DNA from: Eledone cirrhosa
Lineage: Eukaryota
Assembly: GCA_964016885.1 (NCBI GenBank)
Contig: OZ024763.1
Coordinates: 7,998,001 to 8,062,000 of the forward strand
Length of the DNA stretch: 64,000 bases
Direction: 5' to 3'
Under the pieces are notes generated by a model. The model was not told the origin of the DNA, ran no database searches, and saw only the letters and a list, made by a program, of their open reading frames with translations. Below are positions 54,101 to 64,000 of this stretch, in pieces (position 1 is the stretch's first letter; every line of letters begins with the position of its first letter). Position numbers and translations under genes: made by a program.

Positions 54101-55191
54101 ATCATTATTATCATCATCATCATCATTGTCATCTTCAGTGTCACGATTATTATCATTGAGAGAGAGAAGATAGTGAGTGTATGTGTGAGAGAGAGAAAGA
54201 GAGACAGAGAGAGAGAGAGAAGATAGTGAGAGAGAGAGAGAGAGAAGACAGTAAAAGATAAGAGGGGGTGAGTGAGAGTGACAGAGAAGATAGTAAGAGA
54301 CAAGAGGGGGAGAGAGAGAGAGAAAAGCAAGTAAAAGATGAGAGAGAGAGAGAAGCAAGTAAAAGATGAGAGAGAGAGAGAAGCAAGTAAAAGGTGAGAG
54401 AGAGAGAGAAGCAAGTAAAAGGTGAGAGAGAGAGAGAAGCAAGTAAAAGATGAGAGAGAGAGAAAAGCAAGTAAAAGATGAGAGAGAGAAGCAAGTAAAA
54501 GATGAGAGAGAGAGAGAGAGAAGACAGTAAAAGATGAGAGGGGTGAGTGAGAGAGACAGAGAAGATAGTAAGAGACAAGAGGGAGAAGCAAGTAAAAGGT
54601 GAGAGGGTGTGAGAGAGAAGCAAGTAAAAGGTGAGAGGGTGTGAGAGAGAAGCAAGTAAAAGGTGAGAGGGTGTGAGAGAGAAGCAAGTAAAAGGTGAGA
54701 GGGTGTGAGAGAGACAGGGAAAGAAGTATGAAGGCTTACTTGTGTAGCCATCAATATATATTGTGACATTCTTAAATATGTCTGAACTACTGTTGATCTT
54801 CTGTAGTTCCTGATGGGCACCAAACTGGAACTGCTCCTCGAGTTTCCTCTTCTTAGCGTTCATAAAACCACCCTGGAATACATAGATATAAGCTTACACA
54901 TGTGTAGGGCACACTACACACACACACACACACATTATCTTTGATATATCATCATCATCATCATCATCATCACTGTTTAACCCTTCAGCATTTAAAACGA
55001 CCATTGAATTCGCAACCGTGAGGTTATGAGTTCAATTCCCTGACCGGGCGATGCGTTATGTCCTTGAGCAAGACACTTTATTTCACGTTGCCCCTTCTAC
55101 CTGGAGTTGCGACCAATAGATAGTATTAGTAACTGGAAAGACCAATGGAAACACTGTTTCCTCGGTCCGATTTGACGAAAGTCGATCGTTC

Positions 55192-55236
<45 letters not shown>

Positions 55237-55283
55237 CCATGTGTGTATGTGTGAGTTTGTGTAACCTCATATATATATATGTA

Positions 55284-55315
<32 letters not shown>

Positions 55316-56610
55316 CAGGGTGTCTCGAAAAAATGTATGCACACTTTGATTATAATGGTGTTGAAGTGCATATATATTTTTAGGAAACCCTGTGTGTATA
55401 TATTATATATACAGTTCCTGTATGAGCAAGGCATGGTCAGCCGACCAGACACTGCCCACATCAGGACAACCCGTCTAACCCATGCTAGCGTGGAAGAACG
55501 GACGTAAAACGGTATATATATATATCCGTACGTATGTAAATTACCCAAGCAGCTTGCTCGTTATCCATGAGCTTAGCTGGTCTCGCTTGGGTACCCAGCC
55601 AGATCAGCTGGAGACAGGACCCCCAGGAAGGCATGTCTGAGGACTCTGCCCCAGCGATCCTCTCCGGAATAAATCGGTGAAAAAGAGAAAATAGAAATCA
55701 GCCGTAATTGTTTTAAACCCAGTGCCATAGCAAGGGTTCACAGCGACATCAAACACGCTGTTGTTGACCCTAACTTAACTGACAAGACATATAGTCCTGG
55801 TGTTTTCTTTTATCAACATCAGAAGGATGAAAGGCCAAGTTGACCTTAGCGAGAGTTGAACTCAGAATATAAAGAGACGGAACAATCGCTACAGGGCGTC
55901 GTAGGTCGACACTCTAACGAGTCATTCGACAGTAACAACAACAACAGTAACATTAACAAGAGTAGTAACAACAATAGCAACAATAACAACAACAACAGCA
56001 GTAACAGTAACAACAGCGACGACAACAATAACAATAGCAACAACAGCAATGTCAACAACACTAACAACAACAGCAACAATAACAATAGTAACAACATTAA
56101 CAAGAGTAGTAATAACAACAACACCAAGCCTCCCCTGTCTTCCCCAGCCCTCAATAACAACAACAACACCAAGTCTCACCTGTCTTCCCCCCCCCCCCCC
56201 TCAATAACAACAACAACACCAAGCCTCACCTGTCTTCCCCAGCCCTCAATAACAACAACACCAAGTCTCACCTGTCTTCCCCACCCCTCAATAACAACAA
56301 CAACAACACCAAGCCTCACCTGTCTTCCCCAGCCCTCAATAACATCAATAACAACACCAAGTCTCCCCTGTCTTCCCCAGCCCTCAATAACAACATCAAG
56401 CCTCACCTGTCTTCCCCACCCCTCAATAACAACACCAAGCCTCCCCTGTCTTCCCCAGCCCTCAATAACAACACTAACAACATCAATAACAACATCAAGC
56501 CTCACCTGTCTTTCCCAACCATCAACATCGTTCATAGATTTTCTATCTTGTATCCAGAACCGATTCTTTCCTTGTCTTTTGGCGAGGTTTTTCCCTCTGT
56601 TTGAGGTCAT
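39359..56610 (-). CDS. REV1: DNA repair protein REV1 (Y-family dCMP transferase), 20 exons, 1348 aa
   Basis: N-terminal DGWERQ|GGFMNAKKRKLEEQF, BRCT (IYIDGYT, THIITTNL, HPDWILDSIK), N-digit FYTNSRLHHLSTWK, catalytic HIDMDSFF and ISCDE, RKSVSAEMNYGIRF, KYMGHGLC, two UBMs (ELPEDIRRQI, ALPEDIQEEM) and the C-terminal domain; all splice phases close. Confidence 0.97.
39899..40001 (-). CDS. REV1: REV1 exon 19
   Basis: APSPDDEQFVIKYLKDLIYGKNLEQLDLVLKFLY|gtgagt. Confidence 0.9.
40083..40562. mobile_element. Two family A SINEs in inverted (tail-to-tail) orientation
   Basis: plus about 40083-40268, minus about 40378-40562. Confidence 0.85.
41627..41822 (-). CDS. REV1: REV1 exon 18 (start of C-terminal domain)
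   Basis: attccag|NLFLYG...TLCGAVTIEEVRSLLSEWLQPSR|gtaagt. Confidence 0.85.
42006..42392 (-). CDS. REV1: REV1 exon 17 (UBM2, SPxK repeats)
   Basis: LDESCFNALPEDIQEEM...VTNSRK|gtgagt. Confidence 0.85.
42921..43208 (-). CDS. REV1: REV1 exon 16 (UBM1)
   Basis: VDQNVLKELPEDIRRQI...LLPNLSQ|gtaagg. Confidence 0.88.
43463..43589 (-). CDS. REV1: REV1 exon 15
   Basis: RQHQSNQLPP...DDFLPSLSQ|gtaaga. Confidence 0.85.
43949..44217 (-). CDS. REV1: REV1 exon 14
   Basis: VGISIQRLED...FKDELL|gttagt. Confidence 0.85.
44701..44888 (+). mobile_element. SINE family A with target-site duplication
   Basis: flanked on both sides by attattatcaaagaccg. Confidence 0.85.
45142..45272 (-). CDS. REV1: REV1 exon 13
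   Basis: GHGLCNNISRAVTL...VDTLRG|gtaagt. Confidence 0.92.
45844..45988 (-). CDS. REV1: REV1 exon 12
   Basis: ESEMEDFLLNLSEEVEKRL...ITLKLMVRREDAPLETAKYM|gtaagt. Confidence 0.92.
46375..46441 (-). ncRNA. Type I hammerhead ribozyme motif, intact, sense in REV1 intron 11
   Basis: TTTTAT CTGATGA [long G.U-rich stem II] GAAA T GCGC ATA ATAAAA. Confidence 0.7.
47060..47280 (-). CDS. REV1: REV1 exon 11
   Basis: GVGKSMMYKL...FGPKTG...RKSVSAEMNYGIRFNK|gtaact. Confidence 0.93.
47566..47685 (-). CDS. REV1: REV1 exon 10
   Basis: GPNILVARLATVCAKPNGQF...KNLP|gtaaaa. Confidence 0.92.
48139..48293 (-). CDS. REV1: REV1 exon 9 (SCDE catalytic motif)
   Basis: YTHDIEAISCDEMFVD...TRCTASAGL|gtaagt. Confidence 0.93.
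48797..49007. repeat. (TAGTA/TAGTG)n pentanucleotide microsatellite
   Basis: direct reading. Confidence 0.95.
49183..49307 (-). CDS. REV1: REV1 exon 8
   Basis: FGLKNGMFVGDALKLCPNLITVPYEFDKY...|gtatgg. Confidence 0.93.
50035..50354 (-). CDS. REV1: REV1 exon 7
   Basis: DKPVAVTHS...SEIASCNYVSRQ|gtgagt. Confidence 0.92.
50572..51012. repeat. 51-bp minisatellite in REV1 intron 6
   Basis: 17-aa periodicity in ORF track. Confidence 0.92.
51349..51639 (-). CDS. REV1: REV1 exon 6 (N-digit, motif I)
   Basis: FYTNSRLHHLSTWK...IMHIDMDSFFVAVATRDRPHLK|gtaaca. Confidence 0.93.
51650..51875. repeat. 47-bp minisatellite abutting the REV1 exon 6 acceptor
   Basis: ataagacattgtgttgggtatataggtacacagtgggtatagggtac, about 4.5 units. 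Confidence 0.9.
52291..52669 (-). CDS. REV1: REV1 exon 5 (disordered linker)
   Basis: ccag|DQQRSPFEP...NNTTKT|gttggt; phases fit neighbours. Confidence 0.8.
52995..53247 (-). CDS. REV1: REV1 exon 4
   Basis: SIKAERLLPCQPYLLY...IERE|gtaagt. Confidence 0.88.
53867..54035 (-). CDS. REV1: REV1 exon 3 (BRCT)
   Basis: KPSSDELKRLMMVHGG...VVHPDWILD|gtgagt. Confidence 0.93.
54740..54872 (-). CDS. REV1: REV1 exon 2
   Basis: GGFMNAKKRKLEEQF...IFKNVTIYIDGYT|gtaagc. Confidence 0.93.
56110..56520. repeat. Minisatellite built from the REV1 exon 1/intron 1 junction
   Basis: minus-strand units GAGGG(C/G)TGGGGAAGACAG|G(T/G)GAG(G/A)CTTG. Confidence 0.9.
56506..56610 (-). CDS. REV1: REV1 exon 1
   Basis: MTSNRGK...NDVDGWERQ|gtgagg. 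Confidence 0.8.
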
Positions 56611-58589
56611 CTTTCTTATAAAACCCTCAATAATGAACCTACATAAAAACACTTTAACTTCTTCTCTACATATAATCCATTAAAACTTTTCATTTCGTTC
56701 ACAGAACCATTTTCTTTATCTTTTTACGACGAAGTTTTTTGTTTCTCTGAGTACAACCGGTGTCGTTGGTAGTTTTTACCCGGTGTAAATGTTAAATAAG
56801 TTCCTCAATTATAAAATGTCCTTCAGGCTTTATTTGTCCATTTCTTTCTTTCTTTTACTTGTTCCAGCCATGCTGGAGCACCACATTTTTTTACTAGTTC
56901 CAGTCATTAGATTGCGGCCATGCTGGGGCACCACATTTTTTAATTAGTTCCAGTCATTAGCCTGCGTCCATACTGGGGCAACACATTCTTTTTTACTAGT
57001 TTCAGTCATTAACCTGCGACCATACTGGAGCTCTACATTTTCATATTCTGATTGTGTCTATGCTGGGACACTAACTTCAAATAAAAATTTAGTTTGATGA
57101 TGTCGACCCCGGGTATTAATTGTTTTACAAATGTGATAATTATTTTATCATTTTCTGGCTGGCGGACCGCTAGGTATTAAGTCGTATCAACAACATAAAT
57201 GCTGACTGAGGGGATACACAAACATACATGTATGCATGTGTGTATATAAGGCAGGAGACTGAATTAAGTGTAATGCACCAGCTTCAGCAATCAGAAGAAA
57301 GGGGGTAGGGGCAAAAGCCAAACTCGCTATCTTCAAATCGATATTTGTGTTAACCCATACCTAAAGTCATGAATCTTGGGTAATGACCCAAAGAATACGA
57401 TCGTGAATACAAGCGGCCGAAATGGGGTTCCTTTGAAGTAAAGGTATTCGTTAGAGTGTGTAGATCAGAGAGCCACTCCAGATAGAGCTGGTACTTCTCC
57501 TAATTGAGAGACCATAGCTCTGATACTATGGATATGCGGCCAGAATTTCTCGGGTAAAAAAAATCAAGAAACCGTGCGAATGGTCTCCCTACGACAAGGA
57601 GACCAAGGTTGTACCTTCCGCAAACAAGATTGGCGACGGCGACGACGACGACTTTTACAGTCAAAGGGAATTAATTCTTGATATAAAAAGAGGCCTACAC
57701 GATTTCCTTCCCTTGTTTGTTATGCTATTTTTGTTTGAAGTGTTGAAAAGAAATACCAATATATTCGCCATAATCACATTTACAACTCTATAAGGTATTG
57801 CAATGATAACTAAGACATATGTTCCTGGGATACATTACAACTATGGTGCTGGATTGGCAGTATCGGTAGAGCGGCAGACATCATGGCTTGCAGCATAGAG
57901 TTATAGCCCTTTACATTCTGAGTACAAATCCCGTCAAGGTTAATTTTGCTTTTCATCCTTACAGGATCGATAACATAAAGTACCAGTAATGCACTGGGGT
58001 AATTACTGGCCTTGTGCCAAAAGTAGAAACAATTATTATTGTTATTATTAGTTGGGTGGTGGATTGGCAGTATCGGTAGAGGATCGGACGCTATGCTTTG
58101 CAGCATAGAGTTACGGCTCTTTATGATCTGAGTTCAAATCTCGCCGAGGTTAACTTTGCTTTTCATCCTTACTGGGTTGATAAAATAAAGTACCAGCAAT
58201 GTACTGGAGTAATTGCTGGCCTTGTGCCAAAAGTAGAAACAATTATTATTATTAGGTGGCCCAAGGACACCAGAAGTCTCCACTGCTACAGATTCGATCA
58301 TAAACCTGTTGGAGAGCGACCAATATTTGGAGAGTTTACCCTCCTCCTCAGTCCAAAGTGCAGCACAACCTGAGTTTAGTCGCAGATTGCACCACATTGC
58401 TGCTGGAGATACTGTCGCTAATGAATGAAATAACAAGGAAGAAAAAGTGAATTGAAACTGTAAACTTTATTCAATCAATAAGCAGACGTTACATTTGTGG
58501 GGTGGGGGGTGAAGACCAGTGGCTTGATGGTTAAGCTGTTCAGTTCATCACAATCGTAAAGTCGTTAATTCGATTCATGGTAGTGTGTT

Positions 58590-59057
58590 GTCTCATTGAG
58601 CAAGACACTTTATTTTACATTGCACCAGTCCACTGTGTCCTTGAGTAATGTGTAATAAAGTGTCTTACTCAAGGACACAGTGGACTGGAGCAACATGAAA
58701 TAAAGTGTCTTGCTCCAGTCCACTCTGTCCTTGAGCAAGACACTATTTCACATTGCTCCAGTCCACTGTGTCCTTGAGCAAGACACTATTTCACATTACT
58801 CCAGTCCACTGTATCCTTGAGCAAGACACTATTTCACATTACTCCAGTCCACTGTATCCTTGAGCAAGACACTATTTCACATTACTCCAGTCCACTGTGT
58901 CCTTGAGCAAGACACTATTTCACATTACTCCAGTCCACTGTGTCCTTGAGCAAGACACTATTTCACGTTGCTCCAGTCCACTGTCCTTGAGCAAGACACT
59001 ATTTCACATTACTCGAGTCCACTGTGTCCTTGAGCAAGGCACTTTATTTCACATTAC
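58590..59057. repeat. About 43-bp tandem array of the SINE B central domain
   Basis: gtccactgtgtccttgagcaagacactatttcacattactcca units, with an inverted block at about 58655-58713. Confidence 0.9.
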
Positions 59058-60532
59058 CATGGGTTTTGCACCTAGAAAGTTCCCCTTTGAGGCAGAAGTG
59101 ATAGGAAGAGGGAAAAAATGGACGAGACAAGATCACACAAAAACATCATCTGACCTCTTCAGCTCTCAGACCAGATGTGGTTTCGCACGATTTACCTTGA
59201 GAGGACTACATAAAATTGCCGGATCATGCAACAAAAAATAAACATTCCTGCTGGTATGATGTATGTCTGATAAAACAAACAAAATAGACAGACAGACAGA
59301 TCAAAGAGAGAGAAGTGTTGTTGAATTGTAGGAATTAAGAAAGAAACAATTATTATTTTTATCATCTTTATTCATCCATGAAAGTTTTAACAATTGTTAA
59401 CTGGATCACTTCATGTTGTTGTTGATGATAGTGTTGTTGTTGTTGTTAGTATAATCATTACTATTGTCATTGTTAGTGTTGTTGTTGTCATTGTTGTTGA
59501 TGATGATAGTGTTAGTATAATTATTATTATTGTCATTGTTGTTGGTGTTGTTAGTATAATTATTACTATTGTCGTTGTTAGTGTTGTTGCTGTAGTTGTT
59601 AGTGTTGTCGTTGTTAGTATTGTTAGCATGTTGGTGTTGTTGGTACTGTTGTTGTTGGTGGTGGTGTTGTCGTTGTTATTGTTGTTAGTATGGTATGTTA
59701 TTGATGTTGTTGTTACTCAACTAATCCAAATAGAGACTTTAATGCCCCCCACCCCACCCCCCAATGTAACTACATGGCACCACCACCCCACCCCACCACC
59801 CGACCACCACCACTGGAATAGAAGTCACTCCATTGGTTACGACAACGAGTGTTCCAGTTAATATGATCAACGGAACAGCCTGCTCGTGAAATTAACATGC
59901 AAGTGGCTGAGCATTCCACAGACACGCCTATCCTATAACATAATTCTCAGGGAGATTCAGCGTGACACAGAATGTGACAAGGCTGACCTTTCAAATTACA
60001 GGTACTCACTTTTGCCAGCTGGACTGGAGCAATGTGAAATAAAGTGTCTTGCTCAAGGACACAGCAGGAATCGAACTCACACCATTTCCACTGTCAACCA
60101 AGTACCCTAACCACAAAGCCACGTGCCTTCCACCAGCGCCACCTCAACAAACACACACACTACCACATATTCCTACTAGCCTCAGGTGGTGGTGGTGGTG
60201 GTAGTATAGTGGTGGTGGTGGTGGTGGTGGTGGTAGTAGTAGTTACTGGTTGAGTTGGTGTTGTGGTAGCAGTGGTTGTTGGTGGTGGCATTGGTGTGCT
60301 TGTTAGTGGTGGTGGTGGTGGTGGTTGGTGGTGTTGGTGGTGGTGTTAAACAAGGTGATATCCTAAGTCTACAAACCAAGATCAGGTACAGCCCATATAC
60401 ACATGATGGGCTTTGACACAGCCTCTGTCTACCAAATCTCACTCACTGTTGTTGTTGTTTAGCTACAGGAAGGAAGGTGGATAGGAGGGGAGTGAATTAC
60501 AGTGAAAAACCTACGTAAATACTAATAAAATG

Positions 60533-60593
<61 letters not shown>

Positions 60594-60599
60594 CACACA

Positions 60600-60701
60600 C
60601 AGGGTGTCCCCCAAAAATGTATTCACATTTTGATTAACTGTACAGGCAATATTTATTAGAATGCTGTTGAAGTTTGTATACGTTTTTTGGGAACACCCTG
60701 T
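60600..60701. mobile_element. Tc1/mariner-type MITE
   Basis: CAGGGTG...CACCCTG terminal inverted repeats in a TA/CA tract; relatives at about 35341 and 55315-55392. Confidence 0.6.
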
Positions 60702-60837
60702 ATATATATATGTATATATACACACCTATTATAATTTGTATATATGATATCCCATCTGCTACCAATGGTTTCATGAGTTAATCATTGGTTGCAGACTTAA
60801 TATCATGTATAAATTATAATAAATAAATATTAGCTCT

Positions 60838-60878
<41 letters not shown>

Positions 60879-60886
60879 TATGTGTT

Positions 60887-60917
<31 letters not shown>

Positions 60918-61220
60918 GTTTGTGTGTGTGTCTGATAGATAAGTAGATATAGTGCTCTTTTACTATACATATATATATATATACACACACACGTGTCTAT
61001 ATATGTACACGCACACATATATATATATCTATATATATATATACATACATACATACACATATATATATATATATATATACACACACATATATAAGAGAAA
61101 TGCTTGTGTTGGTGGTGTTGTTACTGACGATGTTTCTTCCGATGATGATGGTGATGAGGATGTTGATAATGTAGAAGACAAAGAAGAAATGTGTTGTACA
61201 TTTTGTTTTTTTACAGGAAT

Positions 61221-61310
61221 TTACACAAAATATATTGGTTTCTTCACATTAATCCCATATTCTGCGAGAGCTGGAACAAGGTCATCCATGGACAGGGCGT
61301 AACGTTTATC
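61221..61310 (-). CDS. TAF10: TAF10 last coding exon
   Basis: ttttccag|DKRYALSMDDLVPALAEYGINVKKPIYFV*. Confidence 0.95.
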   Translation of the reverse strand, partial: DKRYALSMDDLVPALAEYGINVKKPIYFV

Positions 61311-61626
61311 CTGGAAAAGGTTTTAGAGAAAGAAAAAGAGAAAAGAATATATGTATATTTTTATATATAATAGATTATCATCAAATATATACAAATTATA
61401 ATAGAAAATTTATGTATATTTATATATATATAGTTGAAAAAAAAATGAAAACGAAATTTCATTTCTCACTGAGAAATGAAATTTCGTTTTCATTTTTTTT
61501 CAACTTGTCGTTTTCGGTATGCCTGACCGATTTAACTCACTCAATATGCAAATTAGGCTGCTCAGCCGTTAATTTTCATAAGGAAAGTATATACTTTCGA
61601 ACGTTCAACTATCTGGCAGATGGGTA

Positions 61627-61671
61627 AACGGTGCTGATGATAGCTAACAAGCTTGAAACTAGTACATCGTT
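61627..61671 (+). ncRNA. Minimal type I hammerhead motif, antisense in TAF10 last intron
   Basis: AACGGTG CTGATGA T AGCT AACA AGCT T GAAAC TA GTA CATCGTT; 7-bp stem I, ACTAGT palindrome. Confidence 0.7.
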
Positions 61672-61911
61672 CCTGTGTCAGTGTTGAACAAAAAGGTGAC
61701 GTGGTTGCCTTAACACCGTATGGCATAAATTCAGGCTGTTCGGTTTGTTGACAAACAAGCGAACAAAGCTGCGTTATAATAAACGTCGGCTAAACTGATG
61801 CGTGCATATATGTATGTGTACCTGTATGCATATGTGTATATATATATATATATATATATGCATGCTACTGTACGTCTGTATACATATATGTATGTACGTA
61901 TACATACATAC

Positions 61912-61942
<31 letters not shown>

Positions 61943-62504
61943 AGATTCCTGTGTAAGAATATGTTGATGTGTTATTTCTTGTCACACAGATATGAGAGAG
62001 AGAGGTGGGAGAGAGTGGGTGGCAGTGGGAGAGAGACAGAGTCAGATAAAGAGAGAGAGAGGGGACAGATAGGGAGATGGGTGGGAGAGAGAAAGAGAGA
62101 GAGACTTTATCTCACATAATATCAAATCTATGAGATGTTGATGATATTTATTTACAGAGAGAGATTTAAAAAGGTCGCAGTGTTGTCGCAGTGTTGCAGC
62201 AGATGTAGAAACTTTACATATCAGTTGTTTTGATATTGATCAGCTCAGGATAGAATCAAGGTGATGGGACCCTGACTCTTTTTCGACACCATATGCAAAC
62301 TTATATATGCAAAGGCACATCTAAACTTGTAACTGCTGTTACACAATATAGATATATAAGTTTAAGCAAAGAATCGCTGCGATTCTTTGCTTAAACTTTA
62401 ATCTGTTATTTTAATAAATATTTGCTCTACGGTTCTTATATATTTGATATATATTTATCCTTATCGAGCCCTCTTTGGATTTTAGTCTTCAAATTTATTA
62501 TTAT

Positions 62505-62547
<43 letters not shown>

Positions 62548-62550
<3 letters not shown>

Positions 62551-62982
62551 TCTGTGTTACTCTTGAGCTGATTTTTGGGAGGCTCCTGTACAGCTCTGAG
62601 TTCTTCATCCTCAGTGTATACTGATTAATGTTCAGAGCCATCCTCAGTATTCTTGTGTAGCACCCATCCACCATCTGAGTGAGTTTCTTGGTCAGTGTAC
62701 AAGTCTCAGACCCGTACAGCAGCACAAACTCCACCGTAGCACAGAGGAGACTGAGGTTAGCTGGACATGCTCACCAACATCCTGAGTTGACACTTCACTG
62801 AGTACTCCCATGGGAACCCCTACATGGACACACTGGAAGATGAAGACCGAAGTTAACATATGTTGATTCCCTAAGGTCAGACACTGGTCTGTTGGAGACG
62901 CAGGACATGGCAGCGATAATGAGGGACAGAGACCGCTGGAGAGAACTCGTACACGGATCTCGGGAATTTTACCCACTCTAGA
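62548..62982. mobile_element. 5'-inverted copy of the same RTE-like LINE
   Basis: minus 62548-62735 VLLYGSET...KISSRVTQR; plus 62736-62982 [10 protein letters not shown]... Confidence 0.8.
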
Positions 62983-63519
62983 TATATATACACAGATTAG
63001 CAATACGGTAGGATTTTTTTCTAGCATTTAAATGTTTCATTGCCATATAGGAGTTTGTCTTGAATCCCCAATTCTCAATAATCTATCAGGAAAATCAAAT
63101 TCAAATAAAGTGGAAGATTTTTTAACTCCATGCCTAAAGTTTATTGATTACAGACAGAACCTTCTAAGGGTCACCCTACGACCTCCTCAAGTAAACCTCT
63201 TGTTGGGTCAATAACGACTGCTGAAATAGTCCCCAATAAAAGTTACTCTAACTCTTGAACTAAAGTGAAAACGATATCTTGTATACCTATATATAAACAC
63301 ACACACACAATCGGTTTGCCTCTCCGCTAACAGATGTTGAAACTGACCCGAAAACCCATCAATCTCACCCACCAGACAAGGGATGTAGCTATAAAACACA
63401 CACAAGTCTCTGTACCCTTTTCTTACCCACCTAACTTATTATTTATGACAGTTTTAGTTTTATCATCTTTTGTATTTTGTCATAAATAACTTTATCACAC
63501 CTTTATTTATTTATTTGAG

Positions 63520-63855
63520 ATGGAGGCACATAGCTTAGTGGTTAGAGCATTGGCCTTGCAATCGAAAGGTTGTGAGTTCAATTCTCAGACCGGGTGATGT
63601 GTTGTTTCCTTGAGCAAGACACTTTATTTCACATTGCTCCAGTTTACTCAGCTGTAGAAATGAGATGATAGGGACTGGGGTCCCTATCATTCCACTGCAA
63701 AGTGGTCGTGGAGGTGCCACGGCAAAAAAGCACCCAGCACTCACTGTAAATGAGGTTGGTGTTAGGAAGGGCATCCAGCTGTAGAAATCAAGCCAGAATC
63801 AGGTCCCGTCCCACCCTTGCAAGCAGGGAAAAGCGGACGTAAAATGATGATGAAG
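63520..63855 (+). mobile_element. tRNA-derived SINE family B (about 335 bp) with RTE-derived tail
   Basis: A box (T)AGCTTAGTGG, B box GAGTTCAATTC, central CCTTGAGCAAGACACTT domain (CORE/V-like); near-identical copies at 15658-15992 (+), 31020-31362 (-), 38175-38345 (+, truncated). Confidence 0.85.
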
Positions 63856-63894
63856 ATGATTTATTTAGATATAGTAGCAGGTTAGAGGAGTTAC

Positions 63895-64000
63895 CTTTCC
63901 TTGTTTCTTTGAACTCTGACCTGAAGCTCTCATCTTGCAGTGTTGGAGGGCATCGTTGACTACATCGGACACAAACTTTTGGGCTGCCACAGAAATTAGA
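63895..64000 (-). CDS. TAF10: TAF10 (TFIID subunit 10) penultimate exon, truncated by window end
   Basis: LISVAAQKFVSDVVNDALQHCKMRASGQSSKKQGK|gtaact, the TAF10 histone-fold sequence. Confidence 0.95.

Noticed and set aside
55856-56683. 275-aa Asn/Thr-rich plus-strand ORF
   Set aside because: Antisense reading of REV1 exon 1 and intron repeats.
2835-62119. Dozens of Y/I/C/V/H/T-rich ORFs
   Set aside because: Translations of (TA)n, (CA)n and (TG)n microsatellites; no splice or domain support.

Overview
Eukaryotic, intron-rich and microsatellite-saturated DNA, inferred from repeat content to be a coleoid cephalopod (Octopus-like). Four spliced protein-coding genes were assembled by hand with GT-AG boundaries and consistent phases. 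(1) A p24/TMED6-like gene (+, 4 exons, 1667-15055). (2) An uncharacterised type II membrane protein (-, 6 coding exons, 36272-26396, 361 aa) with a 6-Cys EB/EGF-like module and an unnamed C-terminal domain. (3) A complete REV1 translesion polymerase (-, 20 exons, 56610-39359, 1348 aa). (4) The last two exons of TAF10 (-, truncated at the window end). Nearly all other ORFs in the track are microsatellite artefacts. The most striking non-coding signal is a set of minimal type I hammerhead ribozyme motifs from several unrelated sequence families. They have palindromic stem III loops, lie in or near (TA)n tracts, often occur as inverted pairs, and are linked to a Penelope-like GIY-YIG ORF remnant. 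Also present: tRNA-derived SINEs and their RTE partner, several TE-derived minisatellites, an array of in-frame duplicated splice donors and a stop-free in-frame intron in REV1, and an orphan histone stem-loop. All folds and homologies are by eye; nothing was computed or searched.
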